A stretch of DNA of 64,000 nt from Octopus bimaculoides (taxonomy: Eukaryota), in assembly GCF_001194135.2 (NCBI RefSeq), contig NC_068981.1:71446360-71510359 (forward strand), in the 5' to 3' direction. The translations under genes were made by a program, and so were the position numbers. Shown here piece after piece: positions 1-12,000 of the stretch; position 1 is the stretch's first letter; every line of letters begins with the position of its first letter. Below the pieces are notes generated by a model that was given only the letters and a program-made list of their open reading frames with translations, was not told the origin of the DNA and ran no database searches.

Positions 1-1354
1 TATGTATATATATATATATATAACATATATTTTTAACTATTGAATTATCCGCCAATCAAAAGCAAGCACTTTTAGTAAGTTAATCTATTTTTACTAGTTT
101 TAGTGTTTATGTGCTGCGGGCGTTCGCTAAGATATGTTATGCACTATAATACTTTGCACAATTTATTAATTCCTAAATTGCATTTTTGTTTTTCGGTTTT
201 GTTTTTAGTTTTGAATTTTGCAGTAGGTTCTGTTATTTGTTTCATATTGTATTTTAAAATTCTACAAACCTTCTTTTTTATTTATCTTTTTAAGTAAGCT
301 AGAATTACCATAATTATTGTTGAATATATTTCCTGTCATTATTTTCATACAGAAGAGCATTTTTTTACATCTTTATATATAACTATGTATGAATGTAAAT
401 GTGAGATTACATATATGTCATTTCCCAAGTTTTGCCTTTATTCCTCTACTGTCATCCACTCTGTCCTCCCCACAGTACTTTAACTTATCTTTACAAACGT
501 AACTCTGTGGTTGTTTGATGCATTTTACCTAGATTCCTTCCTGTCCTCTTCCTTCTTTCATTCCCACAAATCTTTAACATGTCGCCGTATCTCTTTTTTT
601 CTGTTCGTTTAAGGGGTATATTTACCTTCCTTTTCAACTTTCTAACCTTTCTCCATCATTCACCTCACTGCTTTATCATTTTTCTTGGTTGTCCATTCCT
701 CTTTGTACCAGATCAAACAATCTACTTCATTATTTCTCACATTTTCTCACTCTCAGATTAACGATCAGAAGGAAGAAACACTATATCGCACATCTAGCAG
801 GACATCTGGATTGTAACTGAACTTTACAATCTTTCTCACTTTATGGCGACTGATTTACCAATGCGGACAATTAGATAATCAGCAGTTCTCTAAAATTCCT
901 AATTTTATGCTAATTCACTATAATAATGTTAGACCATCATATCGAAGCGTCATTAAAGTCTGAGTCGTATGGTTATCCAATAAGATGACTCGGTCACAAG
1001 TCAATAGTTCTACTGCTGCAACTCACGAAATTTGGAAAATATCTCATCAGCTGCAGTGGACGAAGTTTCCTATGATTCTGAGCATTTTAAGTGATTACCC
1101 GGCGTTGGGAATTCCGAGCAAGCACGATATTTTCCAAAAACAATGTATGATGGTTCTGTTGTCAAAACCTGAAAATTTGGCCTTCCTCGTATCGCAGAAA
1201 TATTACAATTGAGAATCTTTAAGATAAAATATTTTCATACTTCTGAATGTCAAAAGTGCAGTGTTAATGCATATAAACTTGAGAAAAACATAGAACAATC
1301 TTCACTATGGAAAACAAATTAAACCAATTTCTGGTATAAAGGTTGTTAAAATAT

Positions 1355-1557
1355 TGGAACAAGGACAGCAATTTTGGGGAAGAGAGTAAGTCGATTACAT
1401 CGACCCCAGTTCTCAAGTGGTACTTATATTATCGATCCCGAAAGGATGAAAAGTAAAGTCGGCCTAGGAGGAATTTGAAACTCAAAATGTAAAAGTGGAC
1501 GAAACGCTGTTAGGCATTTTGACTGGCGAGCTAAAGATTCTGCCAGATCGCCGCCTT
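1355..1557 (-). mobile_element. SINE family B (short tRNA-type, ~210 bp)
   Basis: Reverse complement of ggcggcgatctggcagaatc...gagttcaaattcc...ggggtcgatgtaatcgac, shared with 8 other copies in the window. Confidence 0.85.
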
Positions 1558-2369
1558 ACAAATATCGGTAAAACATTAAATGAATAAAGGAGACTTTTGG
1601 TGACATTAATATTTTAAAAAAGATATTTGACTAACTAGTAAGACTTCTTACATGTTTACATCTTTGTCACATATGAAGGATTAAGTAAAACTCCAAAATT
1701 AAGAAAGGAATCAATATAGAAAGTTGCTTTAATTCGCGATTTTCTGCAAATCCCGTTGCAAAGTATATCACTGAACCAACAAAGAAGGAAACAGTCACAA
1801 ATAAGTATTATCATTGATTAAGCTTCAAACGTAGTCTTCCACTGGTCTAGAAATGCGATTGGCTGAATGTTAACACCTACAGCATTTATGGTTGGCATGC
1901 GTAACGATGCTTTGAGTTATGCTCTGGCTATGAATGAGGGCTAAACAGTATATTTCGGAGGATTTTGAGCTCAGGAATTATGAACAACTTCCAAAGAACC
2001 CTGTCTCGACAGAATTACTAGTGAGGAGAAGCATTGCCAGCTTTGCATTGCCATACGCATGGCAGAGCGATCAGCCAAACCTGTCAAAGATGAGCGCTAA
2101 ACAACGAAACTGCTTTTTGCGACTCGTTCAGTATCTGAGTATTACTAACTTTTGGAATTATGTTGAACATATTTCCAAACCATGATATCCATGTTATATA
2201 TAGGAAGGATCCGACTGCCAATCGAATCCATCTGCGGTCTTTCTTTGGCAGGGAAGGGCTGTTTTATTCGTTCCTGTTTTGCTTTGTTTTTTGTTTTTTT
2301 TCTGATTAGTGGCTTTTGTGAAAGGGAGAATATGATTGATAAATGTAAATTTACCAAATGAATAAACAT

Positions 2370-2890
2370 AGGAAACACTCGTTACCACTTCTGATAAATT
2401 TATTAAAACAAGTATTGAACCAACCAAAAGATGTAAAACTACACATTAAGAATGGATTAGATTTATGGAGTTGCATGTATTCCTGATTTTCTCCTATTCT
2501 CGTTGCAGTGCATTTTACCGAATTAACAAGAAGTTAAATTTTTGCAAATGTTACTGAAAGCCAATTTTAAAATGCGTATTCTTATTGAGGAAGCTTCATT
2601 AATTGCAAAGAAATCTGTACTTGTAATCTTTCTAAAATGTAAATTAGATCATTGCTCTCCACTAAAATTTCTTCGTTTGATATAATTAAAAGCAACAACA
2701 GCAGAAAATATTTATAATTTTTTACAACCTAAGAGAAATGACGCAGAATTTAACACAGAATATTTAATGAAATTTAAGGTCGGCTTTCGTTCTGACAAAA
2801 CGAATAACCTGCTAAGACAAAAATCCGGAGTTGCTACAAGATTAATTTCCGAAATTATAATTTAGCAATGTTTGAGTCATCGATTTTCTG
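2370..2890 (+). mobile_element. hAT transposase relic (KIAA1586/ZNF862-like)
   Basis: Broken frames give LIEEASLIAKKSVLVIFLK and SDKTNNLLRQKSGVATRL; same family as 24330-25400. Confidence 0.55.
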
Positions 2891-3633
2891 CTTGTTTCTA
2901 CGAAGAAAAACCTTCTGTCGTAACCATACTTCCTTTTGTATACAAAGGACTACATTGTCTAATGTTTTCTTCCGTTTTTAAGGTGGTAGGATGTTATTTA
3001 ATGAGGTTTTGGTTGTTTTTTCTAGCTCTTTTAGTATAAAAGCTCTCTTGGTTGTTTTTAACCTTAGATTAGCTCTCATCGAGTAGAACTTTGATAACAT
3101 GCGTTCCAGCTGTTACATTCTGTACATTCTCTTACCTATTCTTTCCACTTTAGAATGGTATGGGGATATGGATATGTGAGATTTGAGAGAGATTTGGTTG
3201 TTATTTCTAGCTGTTCGAGTGACTGCCGGATTTTGCCTGTTAAGATTTGTGGAAATCGTTGATTGTAAGACTTAAAGCGATAACAGTTGGAACATTGTCA
3301 CTTCCTTTTCGTTCTTCACTTTTTTATCTATGTATCTGTCTATCTATGTATCTCTGCGTCTATACAATCTTTCCCTTGGTTTTTCACCTACTCTTCAGTC
3401 GAATTTCTTCCACTTTTCCTCTTAAACAATAATTTTAAAAAACTGAAAGAGATTAATCGAAGGTACGAAATCGTCTATCAAAGCGAAGAAATCGAAATTG
3501 TTAGGTGAAACTGGAATATATACTATTAAGAAGAATGAAATGAATAATTATGAGAACAATGTGAGTGATACAATGCTATTTGTAGTGCATATTTAATACC
3601 ATCTTCAACTAATATAGTGAGAGAATCGTTTGT

Positions 3634-3634
<1 letters not shown>

Positions 3635-3688
<54 letters not shown>
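3635..3688. repeat. (TAG)n microsatellite
   Basis: direct reading. Confidence 0.99.
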
Positions 3689-3690
<2 letters not shown>

Positions 3691-3716
3691 TGTTTCTGAT
3701 TGCAGACCAATTCAAT

Positions 3717-3914
3717 AGCACAAGGCCAGCAATTTCGTGGGAGGGTATAAGTCGATTACATTGGCCTCAGTGATCAACTAGTACTTATTTTATCGATCCG
3801 AAAGGATAAATGGTAAAGTCAACCCCGGCAGAATTTGAACTTAAATCGTAAAACGGACGAAATGCCGCTAAGCATCTTGCCTTGCGTTTTAACGTTCCTG
3901 TCAGCTCGCTGCCT
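3717..3914 (-). mobile_element. SINE family B
   Basis: similarity to the other family B copies. Confidence 0.85.
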
Positions 3915-4029
3915 TTTTTTGACAAATAAATACTATGAAGTGATTTCATTTATTAATAAGGTTGAAAGATAGATTAGCCCCAGTTTTTTCCCCAAAACGC
4001 TACCCTATTAATATCACCCTATTAATGAG

Positions 4030-4880
4030 AGCATCTGCAATACACTGGTTCGAAACATACCAAAGTGTCTGCTGCAAGAATTTCTACGAGAACGATGAGA
4101 GAGTAAAAGAACCCAAGGCAGTCCAGTAGGCACTAAAGCAGGTGAAGTACAAGACCCTTCTTGGGAGTGTGAAATCAACCCGATATGATAAAGTTAAGAG
4201 GAAGTTGAGACGAAAGTTGATACAGAAGAATGTGTTGGTATCAGTGAAAGGAAAACAAGCAAGCAGTGCGGTGGCATTGCGGAAGCGGGGTGCCTGAATG
4301 AAGTGGGAGTAGGCGATTGCGCAGCTAGTAGGACATCTGGAAGTGGAACGCGCTATGGAACTCGCAGTAGAACTTTATCTAGGGTGGGATTTATGTTGTC
4401 ATCCCCAGCCCATCCGATCTATTTACATAGAGCACAATGAAAATACCCTACCTACATGCTCTCTGTTCTAAGAGAGGGACCCATAAAAGACAAGTTAAAC
4501 AGCTTCTCATAAGCGCTGAGTAAGAGAGGCTATCGCTGGAGGCACGATCAGATCGAGATCATCGTTGAGATAATCGGCAAGAGCAACAGTGACAGCAGAA
4601 ACGTCCACGTTACAGCCAGAATGATAACCTCTTTGTTAAAAGAGAACGGCCGAGGAAAAGACTCCAAAAGACTGTTAGTTTCTCTTCAGTGTGTATGATC
4701 TGCCTTTGGCCGGGCAATGTGTTCAGTGAAATAACCGCTGTCACTTTTGAGTTTAATGAAAATTACGAGTAACGAATACCTTCTGAGTGGCTCTGGGTGA
4801 TGACAAGGAACCACCAGGTACCTTTCAAATCGAGATTTAAGAATAAAATCCAAATTCACCCGCCTGTAAGCACTTCCAGG
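4030..4880 (+). mobile_element. HERO-like restriction-endonuclease-type non-LTR retrotransposon relic (3' half)
   Basis: Frameshifted remnants GIYVVIPSPSDLF, ALCSKRGT, GYRWRHDQI and SEWLWV resemble the CCHC finger and C-terminus of this family. Confidence 0.6.
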
Positions 4881-5304
4881 AAATATACTACCAGTTTGTG
4901 ATGAGCTTTACAGGCATGAAAAAAAAACAGTAAGTCGGGTTTATTTAAGATGGGGCGAAAACGCCTGGCCTCCACACTAGCGTATAATGTCCACAAGTAG
5001 TCGGTCAGTGCGTAAATAACTCGTGAAGAAGCGGTGTTGTTATTTCGTGTTGACTTTCAAATATGCAGATTGAACATACTGTGATATAGGCACAAAAAAT
5101 GGTAAAAGGCACATTTGCTGTTGTTGCCTAGAATTGTAGCGTCCATCTTTCCATAAGTCAAATAATTAATAATTAACTTTCTTTATATTTCCTATATTTA
5201 CCCATGCTCAGATGAACGAAGCCACGTAGAACTCATTTTATTATAATTTTCTTTGACATGAGAAAAAATCGACGTGCTCCATAAGCTTTTTGGTGTATAC
5301 ATAC

Positions 5305-5696
5305 TTTTTGTTGTTGGCACTCCGTCGCTTACGACGTCGAGGGTTCCAGTTGATCCGATCAACGGAACAGCCTGCTCGTGAAATTAACGTGCAAGTGGTT
5401 GAGCACTCCATAGACACGTGTACCCTTAACGTAGTTCTCGGGGCGATTCAGCGTGACACAGTGTGACAAGGCTGACCCTTTGAATTACAGGCACAACAGA
5501 AACATGAAGTAAGAGTGAGAGAGAAAGTTGCGGTGAATTATTACAGCAGGGTTCGCCACCATCCCCTGCCGGAGCCTCGTGGAGCTTTAGGTGTTTTCGC
5601 TCAATAAACACTCACAACGTCCGGTCTGAGAATCGAAACCACGATCCTATGACCGCGAGTCCGCTGCCCTAACAACTGGGCCATTGCGCATCCACT
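5305..5696 (-). mobile_element. Full-length tRNA(Arg)-like SINE family C with an 11-bp TSD
   Basis: A box tggcccagttg, B box gtttcgattc, (ACA)n tail; TSD TGTATACATAC at 5294-5304 and 5697-5707; highly similar to 55104-55468. Confidence 0.93.
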
Positions 5697-6725
5697 TGTA
5701 TACATACAGAGCCACTGATAATCACATACATACATCTTATGCATTCACACTTAAACTTTCACAAATGCGCTGATCTAGCAGAAAACTAAAAATAAAAAGG
5801 GTCAAAGAAAAGAACAATAAAGAAGTATTTTTAATCGGTAAATTAAAAACACCGTAGAGATATGGAAGAAGTTATTCACTAACAGTCCATAATTTGTTTA
5901 TATTATCGATAGTGATCTGTGAGCAAATTAGTTTCGGTTGGCCTCATTTATGCGCATTTGAGACTTTCTACGACAAACTGGTCGGTGTCGTACAAGACAT
6001 TTGCAATATATGTGTTCTGCGTCGCAGAACTGTACAGACATACCAAAGCACTTCCAGCGAAGGAACCCGAGTAGTTACCAATGTGATCCGAAATAATCTT
6101 TTATTTAGAAAGCTCTGCAATATTTCTTGGATGTTGACAAACATTCTTCTTTGTAATATCTAATTAAATATAATATTGTTATTGCTCTTACTGAGGAATC
6201 GAAAGAAACAGTAGCGGATCGAATCAAACGTTTTATATTTACAAATATCATTTTTGTTAATCCTGTCACTGTTGACTTTGACGTTCGTTCCTCCATTATC
6301 GATAAAATGATAACCAGTCAAGTACGCTGATAGATTCCATCGACTTCTGATGGATAAAAAGCAAAATTGATGTATGTGGGATTTGAATTCAGAACGTCAA
6401 GGACCGTAACTAAATACTGTTCATCATTTTCTTAGTGGTATACTGATTCTGTAATAGCATGCACTCACTTGCATAGACATAAACAGACGCCCACGTCTGT
6501 GTACGTACATTGATGATGTACCTACGCATATCAATATAAATTGACTAGTATTTATAAAAGTTACAGATTTACTACAATGAAGAGGATGGCTGATACTTAC
6601 TGTATGAGAAACAGAAAAGTTAACATAGAAACTGTTACTGGCAAACAATGGAGTCTTGATAGATGGGGTCAGATCTCTGAACTTTGGTCGCTTACAAATA
6701 AAGTGACGTAGTATGAAGATGGCTG

Positions 6726-6736
<11 letters not shown>

Positions 6737-6796
<60 letters not shown>
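6737..6796. repeat. (GT)n microsatellite
   Basis: direct reading. Confidence 0.99.
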
Positions 6797-6799
<3 letters not shown>

Positions 6800-7417
6800 C
6801 TATCTGCAGTTTAACGTTCAAGCAAACATCAGCACAATGACAAAAGCAATAACAGTATGAGGAGATGACAGTGTTGCTGACGTTTATGGCAGCGATGAGG
6901 AAATTGTTGTTGAGATGATGATAATGATATTGATGAAGAATGGTTTAATGTCTTTGTGGGTCTGTTATTATGTTTTCAATGTTTAACAGTTTTGGTGTTT
7001 GTAAAAGTAAGAATAGTTCTGTCATTGGGGCAATTTGTATGCATTTCTTAATGAGACTCTCTACCATAAGTTTAAATTGAAATTTATCAATCAGGTAAAC
7101 TAGAGTAAAATATATTGTAGGGTTTCACATGTACAATATAATGAGTTGATAAACTTCAATCAACTAAAATCATCCAAAGACATTTGTAAACAGGAAATAC
7201 CTCTACGGATGCTTCATATTTAAAAAGAGCAATCAAGAATGATAATTCCAATAAGATCAGTTCACCGAAATTTTTTTTTAAATATAGACAATGCAGACTG
7301 AAATGTATCTGATCTTTAATGGTGAAGGTTACGGTCATGTTTCGGCCTTATTTGTCCTCGTCTATGAAGTATATTTATGATAGGACACTTATACAGCAGA
7401 AACACGTGTTGGATTGG

Positions 7418-7461
<44 letters not shown>

Positions 7462-7959
7462 NNNNNNNNNNNNNNNNNNNNNNNNNNNNNNNNNNNNNNN
7501 NNNNNNNNNNNNNNNNNNNNNNNNNNNNNNNNNNNNNNNNNNNNNNNNNNNNNNNNNNNNNNNNNNNNNNNNNNNNNNNNNNNNNNNNNNNNNNNNNNNN
7601 NNNNNNNNNNNNNNNNNNNNNNNNNNNNNNNNNNNNNNNNNNNNNNNNNNNNNNNNNNNNNNNNNNNNNNNNNNNNNNNNNNNNNNNNNNNNNNNNNNNN
7701 NNNNNNNNNNNNNNNNNNNNNNNNNNNNNNNNNNNNNNNNNNNNNNNNNNNNNNNNNNNNNNNNNNNNNNNNNNNNNNNNNNNNNNNNNNNNNNNNNNNN
7801 NNNNNNNNNNNNNNNNNNNNNNNNNNNNNNNNNNNNNNNNNNNNNNNNNNNNNNNNNNNNNNNNNNNNNNNNNNNNNNNNNNNNNNNNNNNNNNNNNNNN
7901 NNNNNNNNNNNNNNNNNNNNNNNNNNNNNNNNNNNNNNNNNNNNNNNNNNATATATATA

Positions 7960-8436
7960 TAATATCGAAGAGAAATAGAAATATTAGAAATTTCTACTAC
8001 CATTGGCCTAGCGTATAAAAATTTAGTCTAAAGACTATATATTACTCATAAATATAGTGTACATTTAAACACATAAGAGGTATCCATCATAGGATTCTCT
8101 CACGTATATATGTTTAATCTAAAGTGTACCTGTTGATGACGATTTCACCTAGAAAATTATTTTATTTACTAAAATAAAAATCAGAAACCAATTGGTCCAG
8201 AAAAATAGATGGTAAATGTTTTTATTTTCATTTCATTCCTTTCGAAATTTTATCCCTAATAGTGATTTTGGAACTTAGCTGTTCTTTCTAGCGTGAGAGA
8301 ATCCTATGATGGATACCTCTTATGTGTTTAAATGTACACTATATTTATGAGCAATATATAGTCTTTAGACTAAATTTTTACACGCTAGGCCACTGGTAGT
8401 AGAAATTTCTAACATTTCTATTTCCCTTCGATATTA
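7960..8436. repeat. Long inverted repeat: 145-bp arms 7960-8104 and 8292-8436, 187-bp spacer
   Basis: Hand alignment gives 140/145 identity, no indels. Confidence 0.95.
8130..8200 (+). ncRNA. Decayed type-I hammerhead ribozyme motif (Penelope pLTR type)
   Basis: Stem I CTG(8130-32)/CAG(8198-8200); core TTGATGA(8133-39); stem II GATTT/AAATC; GAAA(8184-87); palindromic stem III ACCAATTGGT; GUC cleavage triplet ending at 8197. Two deviations: C3U and a C10.1-A11.1 mismatch. Confidence 0.55.
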
Positions 8437-8718
8437 TTAATTATTGAAAAGTTTTTGGATAATTTTCGAATTTTTTATAATAATATTATTTTAATGATTA
8501 TTACTTTGTATTTTATTATAGTTCTTTTTAGTGTATTTACTTATTAAAATTTTCTATATGTGACTGTGGATTTTCATGGATGAGTTCCATGAACTTTGGT
8601 TCTTTTCTCTAAATTGTATATTTATACATTATATACCGTTAAACTTAATTTAATTTTAATTTTTGATAAATTGAATTTAATTGAGTTTTTACCCGTAAAT
8701 TTGGATTTTTATCCGTAA

Positions 8719-8774
<56 letters not shown>

Positions 8775-9369
8775 NNNNNNNNNNNNNNNNNNNNNNNNNN
8801 NNNNNNNNNNNNNNNNNNNNNNNNNNNNNNNNNNNNNNNNNNNNNNNNNNNNNNNNNNNNNNNNNNNNNNNNNNNNNNNNNNNNNNNNNNNNNNNNNNNN
8901 NNNNNNNNNNNNNNNNNNNNNNNNNNNNNNNNNNNNNNNNNNNNNNNNNNNNNNNNNNNNNNNNNNNNNNNNNNNNNNNNNNNNNNNNNNNNNNNNNNNN
9001 NNNNNNNNNNNNNNNNNNNNNNNNNNNNNNNNNNNNNNNNNNNNNNNNNNNNNNNNNNNNNNNNNNNNNNNNNNNNNNNNNNNNNNNNNNNNNNNNNNNN
9101 NNNNNNNNNNNNNNNNNNNNNNNNNNNNNNNNNNNNNNNNNNNNNNNNNNNNNNNNNNNNNNNNNNNNNNNNNNNNNNNNNNNNNNNNNNNNNNNNNNNN
9201 NNNNNNNNNNNNNNNNNNNNNNNNNNNNNNNNNNNNNNNNNNNNNNNNNNNNNNNNNNNNNNNNNNNNNNNNNNNNNNNNNNNNNNNNNNNNNNNNNNNN
9301 NNNNNNNNNNNNNNNNNNNNNNNNNNNNNNNNNNNNNNNNNNNNNNNNNNNNNNNNNNNNNNNNNNNNN

Positions 9370-9462
<93 letters not shown>

Positions 9463-9539
9463 GTTTTTATGTTTTAGTCCCCATATTAATATTTCAAGGT
9501 TTAAATGGATATTACTAAAGACTTCGGCGTCCTTTGGGG

Positions 9540-9576
9540 TAACATTTAAAATATATCACATAACAGTTTTGCATTT

Positions 9577-9609
<33 letters not shown>

Positions 9610-10480
9610 TACTAGTTGTTCCAGGATGTTAATTTGCTCTGCTTTTTGAATTCCAAAACTGGTTAAATTTAGAGGTCATTCTCCTTTTGTCAAGTAGTTT
9701 TCATTTCTTCTAATCTAAGCTCATTCATTGTAAGATTTGAGACTTCTGTGCAAATTCGTTTTCCTAAACGTATGGAATGTTAATCCGAATGTTTCGAAAA
9801 GCATGAAGTAAATAGACGGTATTGTCATGAGTTGGTGGGGCTAAAATATATAGCGGATCCTAATGTTGTTTCTTTTGTTATTAGTATATTTAGGAAAGGA
9901 GTTTTTTTGTTGCTAAACTCAATAGTGAATTTGATGCAAGGGGTTATATTGTTGATGGGAGTTTAAAATGTGTTCACTTTAACGAAATTTCCCCACACAA
10001 TAACGCATTTGTACAGTAGTTTTCTCCACTTTTCTAAATTCGTCACCAAAAATCTTGTGAGGACTGTTCATTGACTTTCAATTTATGGCATCCCTCAGGC
10101 AGGTTGGTATATGCTGGCACAATTATTGTCCTCATGGTTGTAAGATAATCTAGTTCTTTGTAGGTGAAATAATTTCTAAATAGCTTTAGTATCACGGTGA
10201 GTAGTTTCTCAATTTTAACAGGCTTGTAATTAGTAGTTTCTTCAAAGTACATATTGTTTTGTAACTTATTCAGTACAATACTTGTGTAGTATTGTGTAAC
10301 AACGGAACATCCTTTTGTCGGCTTCTTGTAAAATTATATTTCTACTTAGTTTTAAATCGAGCCGATGGCTCAATTGTTGTCTGCTAAAGTTAGATTTTGC
10401 TTGCTTTGTCATCACTTTCTTCTTTCTACAGAAGTATCCCTTTTGTCGTTTCTTTTTAATTCAATTTGAGAAAACAGACA
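9540..10480 (-). mobile_element. Penelope-like element reverse transcriptase relic
   Basis: Minus-strand remnants NIILQEADK and NNINPCIKFTIEFSNKKTPFLNILI...LGKRICTEVS resemble PLE motifs IIKxADKG and FTxE...LPFLD...LARRICTIV. Confidence 0.7.
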
Positions 10481-10932
10481 CTGAGTTTGAGTGTACGCAA
10501 ATAACTCTGGAGAAAACAGTGACACCATAAGGAATAACAACAAAGAACATAGATATAGAGAGGTATCAAGAACCCATACTTCATGGAGAATGAACCCTAC
10601 AATCTAAGATACAGAAGTCATTTCAGACAGAACCAAAGTCACTATATAAGGAACAACTACAAAGGACATAACAAAATAAACAAAACTGAAATCCACAGTA
10701 TCTGCAAAAACAACATATAAATAACATTAATATGAATAATGTAGAAGATACTCATTCCAACAATTTTTTTAGATAAAAATCCAGAAGTACAGAGTTACGA
10801 GATAGATTCCTATCAAGAAAAAACAAAATCAATCCGTCACTACGTAGCACATTAAAATTGACGCCGACTACTCAGAAATCAAACAATTCAGAATTCTGAA
10901 GAGAAGTTAGACTAGCAAGACATTTTTTTAAT

Positions 10933-10959
10933 GTGTGTGTGTACCTGTGTGTGTGTGTA

Positions 10960-11028
<69 letters not shown>
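10933..11028. repeat. (GT)n microsatellite
   Basis: direct reading. Confidence 0.99.
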
Positions 11029-11032
<4 letters not shown>

Positions 11033-11399
11033 TAATGAAGAGAAAAATTTAATTAAAATAAAGCGCTATAGCATAAGAATTAAAATCCATGGAATTAAAT
11101 GGTATTATATACAGAGTTGAAGAATCAATTGTTAATAGCTTGGTGGCCGTGAAGAAATTAGATAACATAGTGCGTAAATATATTGGTCTAACAAACCTTA
11201 ATGAGGTTATTAAACGTGCACAATATCGCCTTTCTACTAATGAGGAAGTTGTTGCTAGAATTCCATCTGCAAGGTTGGGTTGAGTTAACACATGATTAAC
11301 TGATGTCAAGTGACTAGTATTTACAACCCTTAAAGTTGTTGCTCACGAGCCTTGACTGCTTAGTACGAATCGTATTTAAGTCACACACTCTCAATAAAT

Positions 11400-12000
11400 A
11401 CGGCAAAAGAATTACTGCTTGGCCTAGGATGTCAACAAACATGATTAAACTGATTCACAAATGTGATACCTAAGTGTGACATCGAAGAAAGCAGCAATGG
11501 CAGACATTTAAATCAGTATCAGTGCCTGGGTTACCATGGCGAAGATTTATTTCTCTATAAGATTTATTTCTCTATAAGAAGATTTATTTCTCTATTAGAA
11601 CTTACGTGTTACTACAGTAGATTTACTGAATATGCTAAACTGATGAGCGACACGAAGCTTCAAACAGTCATAAACTACTATAAAACTCAGTTTGCAATAT
11701 ACGGTATTCCAATGAAATTTATTACAGGCTGGCATGCACATGAAAGACAATGACCTGGTGTTGTTTAAGGATTTCTTCAACACCTAGCAGTTTTAAGCAT
11801 AGAACTTCCAGCCCATATATTGACAATTTAATGACAAGTTAAAGTTGGAATTTTGAAATCACCACTAGCGAAAGCAGATGATCCATACCTACCAGTTTTC
11901 CTCTTCAGACTCCTGGAATTTACTGAATCGTTACTTCCTACCTTTAATCTCCAATTACGACCAGCTAATTCTGAGTGCTCACAACTTATCTAATGCCAAA
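11400..12000 (+). mobile_element. Gypsy-type LTR retrotransposon integrase relic
   Basis: WPRM...KCD and YYSRFTEYAKL...VINYYKTQFAIYGIP resemble the integrase zinc-binding and core segments; internal 17-bp triplication at 11543-11595; inverted partial copy at 13509-13647. Confidence 0.65.

Larger units (their letters stand above)
7424..9459. repeat. Microsatellite cluster (TA)n, (ATT)n, (CT)n, (TA)n bordering two assembly gaps (7462-7950, 8775-9369)
   Basis: direct reading. Confidence 0.95.

Noticed and set aside
1934-2185. 83-aa ORF in a GC-richer island
   Set aside because: No recognisable motif or splice sites; it lies among transposon relics and is probably decayed TE sequence I cannot assign.
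5625-5694. tRNA-like sequences at SINE heads (also 21905, 50327, 55104)
   Set aside because: They continue into SINE bodies with tails and TSDs and lack a complete cloverleaf acceptor stem, so they are not tRNA genes.
6190-6215. CTGAGGA...GAAACAGTA hammerhead-like words
   Set aside because: No stem I or stem II pairing, and helix III is too short.
7319-9462. Long ORFs of 180-400 aa in the track, here and at 22965-23483, 26678-27303, 28836-29724, 36011-37248 and 52747-53586
   Set aside because: They run through N gaps or dinucleotide repeats (X runs, [12 protein letters not shown]) and are not coding evidence.
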